64,000 nt of DNA from an uncultured Gammaproteobacteria bacterium. Lineage in GTDB: Bacteria > Patescibacteriota > Patescibacteriia > Patescibacteriales > UBA12465. Below, in pieces: positions 19,763 to 29,759 of the stretch; the stretch's first letter is position 1, and each line of letters begins with the position of its first letter. The stretch spans positions 4,924 through 68,923 of the forward strand of contig CAZIJG010000003.1 in the NCBI GenBank assembly GCA_964539545.1, read 5' to 3'. Below the pieces are notes generated by a model. The model saw only the letters and a list, made by a program, of their open reading frames with translations. It searched no databases and was not told the DNA's origin. The translations under genes and the position numbers were made by a program.

Positions 19763-22700
19763 TTACTTCTTTTCTTCAATTTCTTTTTTTTGTGACTTTT
19801 TTCCTTTTTCTTTTAATTCAGATTTTTCTTTCTTTTCATCTTTATCTTTGTCTTTATCTTCTTTCTTATCTCCCTCTTTTTGACCACCTAGAAGTTCAAT
19901 GTTCAATCCTAAACCTTTTAATTCTCTGATTAACACGTTGAATGATTCTGGAACATTCAACTTTTCGATTTCCTCGCCTTTAATAATAGCTTCATAAGCT
20001 TTACTACGACCAGGAACGTCATCAGATTTAATAGTCAACATTTCTTGTAAACAATGAGAAGCTCCGTAACCTTCTAGAGCCCACACTTCCATCTCACCAA
20101 AACGCTGACCACCAAACTGAGCTTTACCGCCCAAAGGCTGTTGAGTGATTAATGAATAAGGACCAATAGAACGTTGGTGAATCTTATCTTCAACCATATG
20201 ATTTAACTTCAACATGTATTTATATCCCACAGTAATCTTTGTATCATAGGCTTCACCAGTTTTACCATCATGTAAAGTGACTTTACCATCCTCTGGTAAT
20301 CCGGCTAACTTCAATTGATTTTTAATTTCTTCTTCATTAATACCATTTAAAGTTGGCGTAGCCATTTTCTGTCCTAATTTCTGAGCCGCAAAACCTAAGT
20401 GAGTTTCCAATAACTGCCCTAGATTCATGCGAGAAATAATACCCAATGGAGATAAAATCACATCTACTGGAGTACCATCTTCTAAATAAGGCATATCTCC
20501 GACTGGTACGATTTTAGAAATAACACCTTTATTACCATGACGCCCAGACATCTTATCTCCCACTTGAATCTTCCTTAGATTAGCTACTGAGACTTGAATA
20601 GACTGCAAAACTCCAGCAGCTAGTTTATCACCGGCTTCACGAGAAAAGATTTTTACATCTACTACTTTACCATGTTCACCATGTTCTAAATATAGAGATG
20701 AATCTCTAACATCCTTAGCTTTTTCTCCAAAGATTGCTCTTAGTAATTTTTCTTCTGCAGATAGAGTAGTTTCACCTTTAGGAGTAATCTTACCAACTAG
20801 AATATCGCCGGAAGAGACTTCAGCTCCAACTCGGATAATACCTTCTTCATCTAAATTCTTTAATTTCTCTTCACTAATATTAGGAATATCATTAGTAACC
20901 AATTCTGATCCTAACTTAGTATCTCTCACGTCAATTGTATAATTTTCAATATGGAGAGAGGTATAAACATCCTCAGATACTAGACGTTCTGAAATAATAA
21001 TCGCGTCTTCATAGTTATAACCTTCCCAAGTCATAAAGGCTACCAACACATTTTTACCTAGAGCTAATTCTCCGGCATCAATAGCTGGGCCATCACTTAA
21101 GATCTGATCCTTTTTAATCTTCTGCCCCGGTTCTACAACTGGGTGTTGGTTAATAGAGGTAGAGGAGTTTGATCTTAAAAATTTATTTAAATTGTAGGTG
21201 ACTGTTTTTCCCTTATTTGTTTTTAATTCAATGCTAGCAGAATCAGCTTTGCTAATAACTCCACTATCGTCAGCTGTGATAACATGTCCTGAATCACGAG
21301 CAGCTCTTTCTTCCACGCCAGTTCCAACTAATGGGGCTTCACTTATAATCAAAGGTACTGCCTGGCGTTGCATGTTTGTTCCCATCAAAGATCTCTGACC
21401 ATCATTATGCTCAGTGAAAGGAATCAATGAAGTGGCAATTGAAATAATCTGATTAGCCGCTACACCAACTAGGTCAATATCTTTTACATCAGCTGTAGCT
21501 GGTTGTCCAAATTTTCTAACCTGATAACTATTAACTAAAATTTTATTATTCTTATCATTAGGAATAGTAGAATCGGCTGTAATATATTTCTCTTCAGTAA
21601 AAGCATCTAAATATAAAATTTCTTCTGTAATTTTACTGCCAGTTGCAGTATGCCTTACCTTTCTATATGGAGTTTCTAAAAATCCATAACTATTTAAACG
21701 GGCATAACTGGCCAAATGACCGACTAAACCAATATTAGGTCCTTCCGGTGTTGCAATTGGACAAATTCTACCATAATGAGTAGCATGTACATCTCGAACA
21801 TCAAAACCAGCCCTTTCTCTAGTTAAACCACCTGGACCCATCGCAGATAAACGTCGTTTATGCTCTAACTCTGCTAAAGGGTTAGTTTGGTCCATAAATT
21901 GAGATAGCTGAGAAGACATAAAAAATTCTTTTACTACACCAATCACTGGTCTGGCATTAATCAATTTAGTCGGTGAAATGCTAGACAAATCAGTAGTACT
22001 CATTTTATCTTTAATAATTCTTTCCATACGAGCTAAACCAATTCTGAATCTATTTTGTATTAAACCGCCAATCGCGCGAATACGACGGTTACCTAAGTGA
22101 TCAATATCGTCTTCTGGTTCTTTAGTAATATTCAAACGAATAACTTCTTTAATAATCAAAACTAGGTCTTCTTTTCTCAAAACCCTATGTTCCTTATCAT
22201 TAGGCAAATTTAAACTAAATCTACGATTTAGCTTATATCTTCCTACTCTACCAAAATCATAACGATCGAAACGGAAAAACATTGAATAAATTAATTGACG
22301 AGCATTTTCTGTAGCGGCTAAATCTCCTGGTCTAATTCTCTTATATACTTCCTGTAAACCTTCTGCTTCATTAGTTGAGATATCCTTGCCTAGAGTAGCT
22401 TCTATATATGAATCTTCATCTTCTCTAGATAAATCAACCTCTTTAAATAGAGCTTTAATTTTTTCATTAGTTTCATAACCAAAAGCTCTTAATAATGATG
22501 TTACGGCTACCTTCCTCTTTCTATCAATTCTTACCCAAATTACCTTATTAGCATCAGTTTCAATTTCTAACCAAGCACCACGATTAGGAATAATCTTAGC
22601 TCCATAACATTTTTTACCTTTTACATAGTCAGCTGTAAACATTACACCAGCACTTCGAATTAACTGAGATACTACTACCCTTTCAATACCATTAATAATG

Positions 22701-23080
22701 AAGGTTCCATTACTAGTCATTAAAGGAAAATCTCCTAAAAACACTTCCTGATTAACAACCTTACCTGTTTTTCCATTAACTAATCTAGTCTTTACTCTCA
22801 AAGGAGCTTCATAGGTAATATTCTTTTGTCGACTTTCTAATTCTGTGAATTTAGCTTCATCTAAATAATAATCTTCAAAATATAATTCTAAGTCACGACC
22901 ACTAAAGTCTATGACCGGGGAGATCTCATCAAACAACTCTACCAGACCTTCTTTAAGGAACCAGTCATACGAATCTTTTTGGATCTCTATCAGATCAGGC
23001 ATGGGTATAGCCTGAACAAAATCCGTAAAGTATTTTCTTGGACCCAATTCCGTCTTAACGGACACTTTGTTATTTGCCAT
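19763..23080 (-). CDS. rpoB: DNA-directed RNA polymerase subunit beta
   Basis: 1105 aa with conserved beta-subunit blocks (GRHGNKGVISKI, NMQRQAVPL). Carries an extra K/E/D-rich C-terminal tail. Confidence 0.97.
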   Translation of the reverse strand: MANNKVSVKTELGPRKYFTDFVQAIPMPDLIEIQKDSYDWFLKEGLVELFDEISPVIDFSGRDLELYFEDYYLDEAKFTELESRQKNITYEAPLRVKTRLVNGKTGKVVNQEVFLGDFPLMTSNGTFIINGIERVVVSQLIRSAGVMFTADYVKGKKCYGAKIIPNRGAWLEIETDANKVIWVRIDRKRKVAVTSLLRAFGYETNEKIKALFKEVDLSREDEDSYIEATLGKDISTNEAEGLQEVYKRIRPGDLAATENARQLIYSMFFRFDRYDFGRVGRYKLNRRFSLNLPNDKEHRVLRKEDLVLIIKEVIRLNITKEPEDDIDHLGNRRIRAIGGLIQNRFRIGLARMERIIKDKMSTTDLSSISPTKLINARPVIGVVKEFFMSSQLSQFMDQTNPLAELEHKRRLSAMGPGGLTRERAGFDVRDVHATHYGRICPIATPEGPNIGLVGHLASYARLNSYGFLETPYRKVRHTATGSKITEEILYLDAFTEEKYITADSTIPNDKNNKILVNSYQVRKFGQPATADVKDIDLVGVAANQIISIATSLIPFTEHNDGQRSLMGTNMQRQAVPLIISEAPLVGTGVEERAARDSGHVITADDSGVISKADSASIELKTNKGKTVTYNLNKFLRSNSSTSINQHPVVEPGQKIKKDQILSDGPAIDAGELALGKNVLVAFMTWEGYNYEDAIIISERLVSEDVYTSLHIENYTIDVRDTKLGSELVTNDIPNISEEKLKNLDEEGIIRVGAEVSSGDILVGKITPKGETTLSAEEKLLRAIFGEKAKDVRDSSLYLEHGEHGKVVDVKIFSREAGDKLAAGVLQSIQVSVANLRKIQVGDKMSGRHGNKGVISKIVPVGDMPYLEDGTPVDVILSPLGIISRMNLGQLLETHLGFAAQKLGQKMATPTLNGINEEEIKNQLKLAGLPEDGKVTLHDGKTGEAYDTKITVGYKYMLKLNHMVEDKIHQRSIGPYSLITQQPLGGKAQFGGQRFGEMEVWALEGYGASHCLQEMLTIKSDDVPGRSKAYEAIIKGEEIEKLNVPESFNVLIRELKGLGLNIELLGGQKEGDKKEDKDKDKDEKKEKSELKEKGKKSQKKEIEEKK

Positions 23081-23338
23081 ATTTTTATTACAATTATTTT
23101 GTCAACACAAAAATTCTCAAGTTACCTTAAGCTATGTAAAATAAAGTTTTAATGGAAGTTATGCACCGTGAGTTTGCTTCTCTAATAATGGGGACTACTA
23201 GAGAAAAATTAAAAATGAAATAAATTATTACAAAAAATAAAAAACGGCTATATAGGCAAAAAAAACTAACCTATTCCGCTTTCCGATAGATTTTTATATA
23301 AATTAAAGTAAATATTAATTAAATTAAAGGTATCTAAG

Positions 23339-23367
23339 ATAATATTACATTAAATCAAATATGTCAA
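23339..23367 (-). promoter_or_regulatory. Candidate sigma70-type promoter upstream of rpoB
   Basis: The minus strand reads TTGACA-17 nt-TATTAT. It lies ~250 nt upstream of the rpoB ATG, and chance matches are likely in AT-rich DNA. Confidence 0.3.
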
Positions 23368-23391
23368 TACACATATTGTCCACAGAAGCAA

Positions 23392-24840
23392 TTATTGAAC
23401 TAGAAGTCTGTTTAGCTCTTCCCTCACTATTTCTCGCTCATCCCATTTCATTTTTTGGCCATTAGCTAAACATATTGCTTGCTCGGATCCTTTACCAGTA
23501 AAAAGAACGATATCATTTCTAGAAGCTAGGGACAAAGCCTTCTGAATAGCTTCTCTTCTATCTAAAATTAAAAATAAGTCTTCATCTTCTTTCTTGCCAA
23601 CAGACAAGGCTCCTTCTGCTACTTGCTTAATAATTGCCAAAGGATCTTCGTCATAGGGGTCTTCATTGGTAACAATCATATAATCGACAGTTTGGCCAGC
23701 TAACTTGCCTAACTTAGGTCTTCTAGCTTTATCACGTCCGCCGCCTGCTGATCCTAGTACATGAATAATTTTACCCTTTGTTTCTATAGCTGGAGAGTTT
23801 TGTAATAGAGCTACTGTCTCATATAGCTTAGTAACCGCCTTAGGCTCAAAAGCATAATCAATAATTGTTAGAAAATTTTGCCCAACATTAATTTGTTCTA
23901 GCCTACCGGGAATATGTTCTACAGATTCTAAACCAAATTTAATTTGTTCCCAACTTAATCTTCTAGATAATCCTACTCCGATAGAGTTCGCGGCATTAAG
24001 AACATTGAACTCACCTAATAATTTTAAATTAATTTCTTGATTATTGCTCATAAAACTAGTTCCCTGAGCATTTGCTAATATCTCTTTGAAATTAATCATT
24101 TGTAGATCTTTAGCATGCTTATATCCGACTTCAGTGGCAATACTAATATATTCTTCTGGAGTTTTACTAGTATAAACAAATTTTTCTTGGGCCCAAAATT
24201 TTATAAAATCAAATACATGTTTATCGTCTCCATTAGCCACAATGGCTTTCTTCACTCTATTTAATTCTAGCTTCTTCAGCTTGCTAGCTTTCAAAATTAC
24301 CTCATGCTGATCATTGGTATATTTAGCTGGACAAGATTTTAAATATTTGAATAGCCTTTGCTTAGCTTGTTTATATTTATCAAAACTACCATGTGATTCA
24401 ATATGTTCAGGATATAGACCAGTAAAAACCAATATATCGTAATTAATAAATTTATGTCTAAACTGTCTAATGCCTTCGGAGGTAGTTTCTATAATAGCGT
24501 AAGTACATTTATTTTTTACCATCTGCTTTAATAGTCTTTGAGTAAATCCTCTACCGATCATCGTCATCTTTTTATCGTTCAGCCAATCCTTGTCACCATC
24601 ACTAAACATAGCCGTAGAACTAAAACCAGTTTTATGGCCCGCCCTACGCAACATCTCTGCTAACAAATAAGTGCTAGTAGTTTTTCCGGTGGTACCAGTA
24701 ATTCCAATAACAATTACGGAGCGACTAGGATTTTTGTAATAAAAATTAGCTAGGGCTCCCCACAGAAAATGATAAACTGGCATCAATCCTTTCAAAAGTT
24801 TGCCTACCAGTATTTTTTTAAGTCTGTATAAAATTTTCAT
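23392..24840 (-). CDS. Mur ligase family protein (MurE-like, short N-terminal region)
   Basis: P-loop GITGTTGKTTSTYLLAEML at about residue 47. Central and C-terminal Mur ligase domains (LGEFNVLNA, PGRLE). NEDPY sits where MurE has DNPR. Confidence 0.7.
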   Translation of the reverse strand: MKILYRLKKILVGKLLKGLMPVYHFLWGALANFYYKNPSRSVIVIGITGTTGKTTSTYLLAEMLRRAGHKTGFSSTAMFSDGDKDWLNDKKMTMIGRGFTQRLLKQMVKNKCTYAIIETTSEGIRQFRHKFINYDILVFTGLYPEHIESHGSFDKYKQAKQRLFKYLKSCPAKYTNDQHEVILKASKLKKLELNRVKKAIVANGDDKHVFDFIKFWAQEKFVYTSKTPEEYISIATEVGYKHAKDLQMINFKEILANAQGTSFMSNNQEINLKLLGEFNVLNAANSIGVGLSRRLSWEQIKFGLESVEHIPGRLEQINVGQNFLTIIDYAFEPKAVTKLYETVALLQNSPAIETKGKIIHVLGSAGGGRDKARRPKLGKLAGQTVDYMIVTNEDPYDEDPLAIIKQVAEGALSVGKKEDEDLFLILDRREAIQKALSLASRNDIVLFTGKGSEQAICLANGQKMKWDEREIVREELNRLLVQ

Positions 24841-24843
24841 AAA

Positions 24844-27297
24844 TTATCTAGAGAAATACATACCATCATCACCCCATTCTTCTGAATCAGCAGGCTCTTT
24901 ATCGTCAGATTTTGTTTTCTCTTTTTTTACTTCTGTCTTTTCAACTTTTTCCTTAGTTTCTTCAACCTCTTGCACTTTTTCAACTTCATCCTCAACTTCT
25001 TTTTCAGTTTCATCGATTAAATAATCTTCTGGCTCAGAAGCTTCTTCCTTATTATGTAAACTAACTCCGCTTACCCCTTGATCTAAAATAGCTTCATATT
25101 GTTCGCGACTAATCAATATCTCTCTTGGCTTTGAACCATTAGATGGGCCAACGATGCCAGCCTCTTCCAATGTATCTAAAATACTAGCTGCCCTACCATA
25201 ACCAATTCTTAATCTTCTTTGTAATAAACTAGTAGAAGCTTTACCCATGTTAATAACGATATCTTTAGCTTCTTCCAACAATTCATCTTCATTTCCAGAC
25301 ATACCATCTAAGCCAATGCCCCCTAACCCTTTAACCTTTTGTCTCTCGGTAACATCATCTAAATAATCTGCTTTACCAATTTTTTTCTTCAAATAACTAG
25401 CAATATTTTTAATCTCCTTATCACTAACAAAGGCTCCTTGCAAACGTTTCGGTTTAGATAAAACGGGGGTCATAACCAACATATCCCCTTGCCCTAATAA
25501 TTTTTCTGCTCCAGAAATATCTATAATTGTTTTTGAATCTACAGCTGAAGTCACAGAAAAGGCAATACGAGCTGGGATATTAGCTTTAATCAAACCAGTA
25601 ATAACATCTACACTCGGACGCTGGGTAGCTAAAACTAAATGGATACCCACTGCTCTAGCCATTTGAGCTAAACGAATTACGCTACCTTCAATGTCTTTAG
25701 CGGCTGCCACCATTAGATCAGCTAGCTCATCTATAATAAAGACTATGTAAGGCATTTTATCTTCTTTCTTACCTTTAGCTTCTAGGTCTTGATTATATGA
25801 ACTAATATTCTTTTTCTTAGCTTCAGATAAAACTTCAAAACGTCTATCCATTTCATTTAAACACCATTTCAAGGCATTAATAGTTTTATTCACATCAGTA
25901 ATAACTGGAGTTAATAGATGAGGAATATCATTATACATTGGTAATTCCACTCTCTTCGGATCTACCATAATAAAACGTAAATCATCTGGGTTATTCTGAT
26001 ACAGTAAGCTAATAATAATTGTATTTAAACATACTGATTTACCAGAATTAGTAGCTCCTGCTACTAACAAATGCGGCATTTTACTAATATCGTAGAACCA
26101 ACTTTCTCCAGACACGTCTCGTCCTAGAGCCATCATTAGATTGCTAGAACGAGTCTTAAAATTAGTAGAGTCTATCATACTTCTTAAACCAACAATTGCT
26201 TTAGTTTTATTTGGGACCTCAACGCCCACTAAAGACTTCCCTGGAATCGGGGCTTCAATACGTAAAGGATGAGCTGCTAGAGATAGAGACAAATCGTTAC
26301 TTAAAGTGGTAATACGAGAAAGCTTTACTCCTTCGGTTGGCTTAAAAGTATATTGAGTAACAGTGGGGCCAACACTCACCGGTCCCATATCTACAGATAC
26401 GCCAAAGTTTTCTAAAGTTTGTTTAATAATTGAAGCGTTCTGTTCTAGATTTCCACCAGAGGCTTTACTATCTTCTTGTTTTAATAAATCAATAGGTAAA
26501 TCTATCCTTACTCCTTTACTCTTCCAGTCTGGTTTTTTCATGATTTTAGCACTCTTGTTAGGCGGAGCTTTTCTACTAGCCACAGCCTTTTTGGCAAAAA
26601 CTATTTCTTTATTTTCTTCTTCATCTTCTTCATCTCCAACTTCTTCCGACAAAAATAACTCGGCTTGAGAAACTTCTTTATATTTACCTTCTTTGACTTC
26701 TCGATTGGAAGAAAATAATCTACCTAAAAATTTACCAATTACCTTAAACGGAGCCTTTAACCAACTACCTGGCGGCAATAATCTGCTAATCGGACGATTT
26801 AGAATTAAAACCCAAGAAATCATGAATAACGCCAAAATAACAATTAGTCCTCCCCAAAAACCAAATAGACTATAAAAAAACATAGATAAATATAAACCTA
26901 GGTAACCGCCACCTTCCTTGGCGCTGGCTATTTCTGACCAATTCTCTTTAATAAAGAAGAAATGAAACAATGATTGATAAGTTAAAAATAATACTACTAA
27001 ACCAGTGTAGTGAACTGTCTTGACCTGAGCTTTACGTCCTTGATAAAGAAGGGCTCCCCAAATAAATAGTAAGAAAGGGAATATCCACTTACCCCAACCA
27101 AAGGCCAAACCTAAAATTTGGGTAAAATAATTACCTGTTTGACCACCAAGATCAAATAATCCAAATAAACTCAACAGGGCCACTACAAAAATGGTGATGA
27201 TCAGAATACTTTGCCTAACATTAGCTTCTAGGTTAAGTTTTGGTAACGCAATATACTCCAATGCCTCTTTTTTTTGTTTCTTCCTCTTTTTAGCCAT
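24844..27297 (-). CDS. ftsK: DNA translocase FtsK/SpoIIIE
   Basis: N-terminal TM helices, Walker A GATNSGKSVCLN, and a gamma winged helix STSLLQRRLRIGYGRAASILDTLEEAGIVG, followed by an acidic tail. Confidence 0.9.
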   Translation of the reverse strand: MAKKRKKQKKEALEYIALPKLNLEANVRQSILIITIFVVALLSLFGLFDLGGQTGNYFTQILGLAFGWGKWIFPFLLFIWGALLYQGRKAQVKTVHYTGLVVLFLTYQSLFHFFFIKENWSEIASAKEGGGYLGLYLSMFFYSLFGFWGGLIVILALFMISWVLILNRPISRLLPPGSWLKAPFKVIGKFLGRLFSSNREVKEGKYKEVSQAELFLSEEVGDEEDEEENKEIVFAKKAVASRKAPPNKSAKIMKKPDWKSKGVRIDLPIDLLKQEDSKASGGNLEQNASIIKQTLENFGVSVDMGPVSVGPTVTQYTFKPTEGVKLSRITTLSNDLSLSLAAHPLRIEAPIPGKSLVGVEVPNKTKAIVGLRSMIDSTNFKTRSSNLMMALGRDVSGESWFYDISKMPHLLVAGATNSGKSVCLNTIIISLLYQNNPDDLRFIMVDPKRVELPMYNDIPHLLTPVITDVNKTINALKWCLNEMDRRFEVLSEAKKKNISSYNQDLEAKGKKEDKMPYIVFIIDELADLMVAAAKDIEGSVIRLAQMARAVGIHLVLATQRPSVDVITGLIKANIPARIAFSVTSAVDSKTIIDISGAEKLLGQGDMLVMTPVLSKPKRLQGAFVSDKEIKNIASYLKKKIGKADYLDDVTERQKVKGLGGIGLDGMSGNEDELLEEAKDIVINMGKASTSLLQRRLRIGYGRAASILDTLEEAGIVGPSNGSKPREILISREQYEAILDQGVSGVSLHNKEEASEPEDYLIDETEKEVEDEVEKVQEVEETKEKVEKTEVKKEKTKSDDKEPADSEEWGDDGMYFSR

Positions 27298-27298
27298 A

Positions 27299-28729
27299 TT
27301 ATTTTACTAGCTCCTTATATAACTTTAGGTATTTTTTAGCTGATTTGGTCCAAGTAAAATCTCTCTGCATACCAGCTTTCTGCATAGCAATAAATTTCTT
27401 AGGATTATTATAATAAGTGTTAACTGCAATTCTTATAATTCTAGAAAAAGCTGGATAACTAAATTTCTTAAAGCTAAAGCCCACTTTGCTATCAACCGTG
27501 TCAGCCAACCCTCCGGTGGCTCTAACGACGGGGACAGAACCGTAGCGCATAGATATCATCTGACCTAGCCCACAAGGCTCATAGCGAGAAGGCATCAAAA
27601 ACATATCTGAGGCTGCATATATCTTTTGAGCTAGAGCGCCATCAAACATAATTTGAGCAATCATTTTACTAGGATATTTTTTAGCTAAATTCTTTAAGTG
27701 ATTTTCATATTTAGTCTCTCCAGTTCCTAGGACAACTAATTGCATATCTAAATCTCTCACCCAATCTTCTCTAATCAATTCTAAACCTTTCTGCCAGGCC
27801 AAACGAGAAACCATAGCTATTAATGGTTTATCAGCGTTAACTTCTAGTCCTAGTTCTTTTTGTAGTTTTAATTTATTTTTAACTTTTAATTCCAAACTAT
27901 CGACTGAATAACGTTTATAAATATGGGGATCAGTAGCAGGATTAAAATGATCTACATCTAAACCATTTAAAATACCAGATAATTTATCTTTATTTTTTTT
28001 AATTAAACGATAAAGCCCAGCACCCTGATCTGGTGTCATAATTTCTTTAGCATAGGTAGGACTAACAGTATTGAAAGCATCGGAATTAATCATTCCTTGA
28101 ACAATAAAATTAATGTCTCCATCTCTAGCGTCTCTAGCTATAGTTTTAAGAGATGTCTTATGTAAATTTCCCAAACGCAATACTTTAATTTCAGCCTTTC
28201 CTTGATAATTTAAATTATGAACAGTAAATAATGTTTTAGTATCCTTAGAATAAACAAAGTCTGATACTTTCACTAAATCAGTTAAAATAGCAGTATGATA
28301 ATCATGGGCATGGATAACATCTGGACGGAATTCAATTATTGGTAAAACATGTAGAACTGCTAGAGAAAAGAAAATAAATCTTTCCGGACCATTACCCCAA
28401 TAGATATCTGGCTTACCAAAATATTCTGGATAATCTATAAAATATACCAGAATATCAGTACCAGGTAACACGCTAGCAAAAATATTTATTTCTACAATTT
28501 TTCCACCAGCTGGAATTTTTACTTTAGAAAAGATTTTCTTTAGTCTATATTTTTTCTCATCGATACTGCCATACTTTGGCATAATTAATCGTATATCAAC
28601 CCCTAGATCTCTTAAAGCCGGGGGAAGAGAGCCCACTACATCGGCCAAACCCCCTGCTTTAGCAAAAGGAACAATCTCGGCTGAAGCCATCAATATTTTA
28701 ATGTTATTTTTCTTAGACATGTTATTCAT
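27299..28729 (-). CDS. glgA: Glycogen/starch synthase (GT5), paralog 1
   Basis: KAGGLADVVGSLP N-terminal motif and EPCGLGQMISMRYGSVPVVRATGGLADTV C-terminal motif. Confidence 0.85.
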   Translation of the reverse strand: MNNMSKKNNIKILMASAEIVPFAKAGGLADVVGSLPPALRDLGVDIRLIMPKYGSIDEKKYRLKKIFSKVKIPAGGKIVEINIFASVLPGTDILVYFIDYPEYFGKPDIYWGNGPERFIFFSLAVLHVLPIIEFRPDVIHAHDYHTAILTDLVKVSDFVYSKDTKTLFTVHNLNYQGKAEIKVLRLGNLHKTSLKTIARDARDGDINFIVQGMINSDAFNTVSPTYAKEIMTPDQGAGLYRLIKKNKDKLSGILNGLDVDHFNPATDPHIYKRYSVDSLELKVKNKLKLQKELGLEVNADKPLIAMVSRLAWQKGLELIREDWVRDLDMQLVVLGTGETKYENHLKNLAKKYPSKMIAQIMFDGALAQKIYAASDMFLMPSRYEPCGLGQMISMRYGSVPVVRATGGLADTVDSKVGFSFKKFSYPAFSRIIRIAVNTYYNNPKKFIAMQKAGMQRDFTWTKSAKKYLKLYKELVK

Positions 28730-29759
28730 TTATAAGCTTATTAATATTTTGTAAAAACTTTTGTTGTTGCTTGTAAATATATTCCTTTCTTCTAGCAAAT
28801 TGTTTTTGATATTTCTGCTTATCAGCAAAAGCCTGTTTAACAGTTTGAAATAATTTATCTTCTTTTAATTCTTTAGGCCAAACTAGTAACTCTGGAACTT
28901 TAATAAAATTAGCAAAACTTCTGTTTCTGATATCATAGGCTAAATTAATTTCTAAAGTACCAGCCCCAAAAGCCATCACGCAAGAATGTAACATCATACC
29001 TACTACTAAATCTAGTTTACCATATATATACTTTTGTTCTCTAGCCGGCAAGTTAACAACTTGTAAATTTTTAATCTGCAATTGTTTAACAATTACTTCT
29101 TCGCCTGGGTGATGTTGTAGATAATATATTTCAGCCTGATGTTTATCTTGAAAATATTTAGCAATCTTATTATAGGAAGATAAAATGTCATCATGCCATC
29201 TCCCAAATCCCAACCAACCAGAATAATTTAAATTTAAACCAATTTTAATTTTATCTGAATTTAGATCTTTAAACTTACTAGTGGCTTTTTCTGATAAAAA
29301 TATTGCTGGATCACCGATTAACTTAATCTTTTCACTCTTAATTTTATTATTGACTAGAAACTTCTTAGTATAATAATCTCTTACACCAATCAATGTAGCT
29401 TTTTTCATCAGAACTACCACGCTATCTTTTTGCTTCTTGTCTAAAGCCGGAGAACCAATTTCTCTAATATAGCCAACTCCGAAAATAACTATTGGTAGTT
29501 TTATTTTATTTATTACCTCCTTATTAAAAGGCAGAAAATAGTGATAAAGAATACCACCGCCACCAATTACTACTATATCGCATTTATTCAACTTATTTAG
29601 ATCTTGAGTTGAAGAATTCTGCAAAAACTCAATTGGAAAATCTACTATTTCTATTTTACCTAAATTTTCTTTTAATAACTCCTGTACAGCTAAAACAATT
29701 CCTCTATCTCCTTTATTCTTCTCGTCCCAAACGTGAATATGAGCAACTTTAAATAGCAT
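28722..29759 (-). CDS. Polysaccharide pyruvyl transferase family protein
   Basis: Motif pattern NKGDRGI ... VVIGGGGIL ... VRDYYTKKFL ... GDPAIFL resembles the CsaB/PssM-type pyruvyl transferase family. Recognised by eye only. Confidence 0.55.
   Translation of the reverse strand: MLFKVAHIHVWDEKNKGDRGIVLAVQELLKENLGKIEIVDFPIEFLQNSSTQDLNKLNKCDIVVIGGGGILYHYFLPFNKEVINKIKLPIVIFGVGYIREIGSPALDKKQKDSVVVLMKKATLIGVRDYYTKKFLVNNKIKSEKIKLIGDPAIFLSEKATSKFKDLNSDKIKIGLNLNYSGWLGFGRWHDDILSSYNKIAKYFQDKHQAEIYYLQHHPGEEVIVKQLQIKNLQVVNLPAREQKYIYGKLDLVVGMMLHSCVMAFGAGTLEINLAYDIRNRSFANFIKVPELLVWPKELKEDKLFQTVKQAFADKQKYQKQFARRKEYIYKQQQKFLQNINKLINE

Noticed and set aside
15774-23080. Inteins or introns in the large conserved genes (rpoB, rpoC, polA, recA, infB).
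   Set aside because: Protein lengths are within normal ranges and the conserved blocks are contiguous. The extra segments are K/E-rich lineage-specific loops or tails, not Hint/LAGLIDADG-like sequences.
23152-23223. 23-codon plus-strand ORF (MEVMHREFASLIMGTTREKLKMK) in the rpoB upstream spacer.
   Set aside because: It has no promoter or RBS context, lies opposite the direction of all the neighbours, and is of a length expected by chance.
23374-23382. DnaA-box-like 9-mer TTGTCCACA next to the rpoB upstream spacer, raising the possibility of oriC. A weaker match lies near 54589.
   Set aside because: It is a single isolated box with one mismatch. There is no cluster of boxes, no adjacent dnaA or dnaN, and no strand-bias switch of genes at this point.
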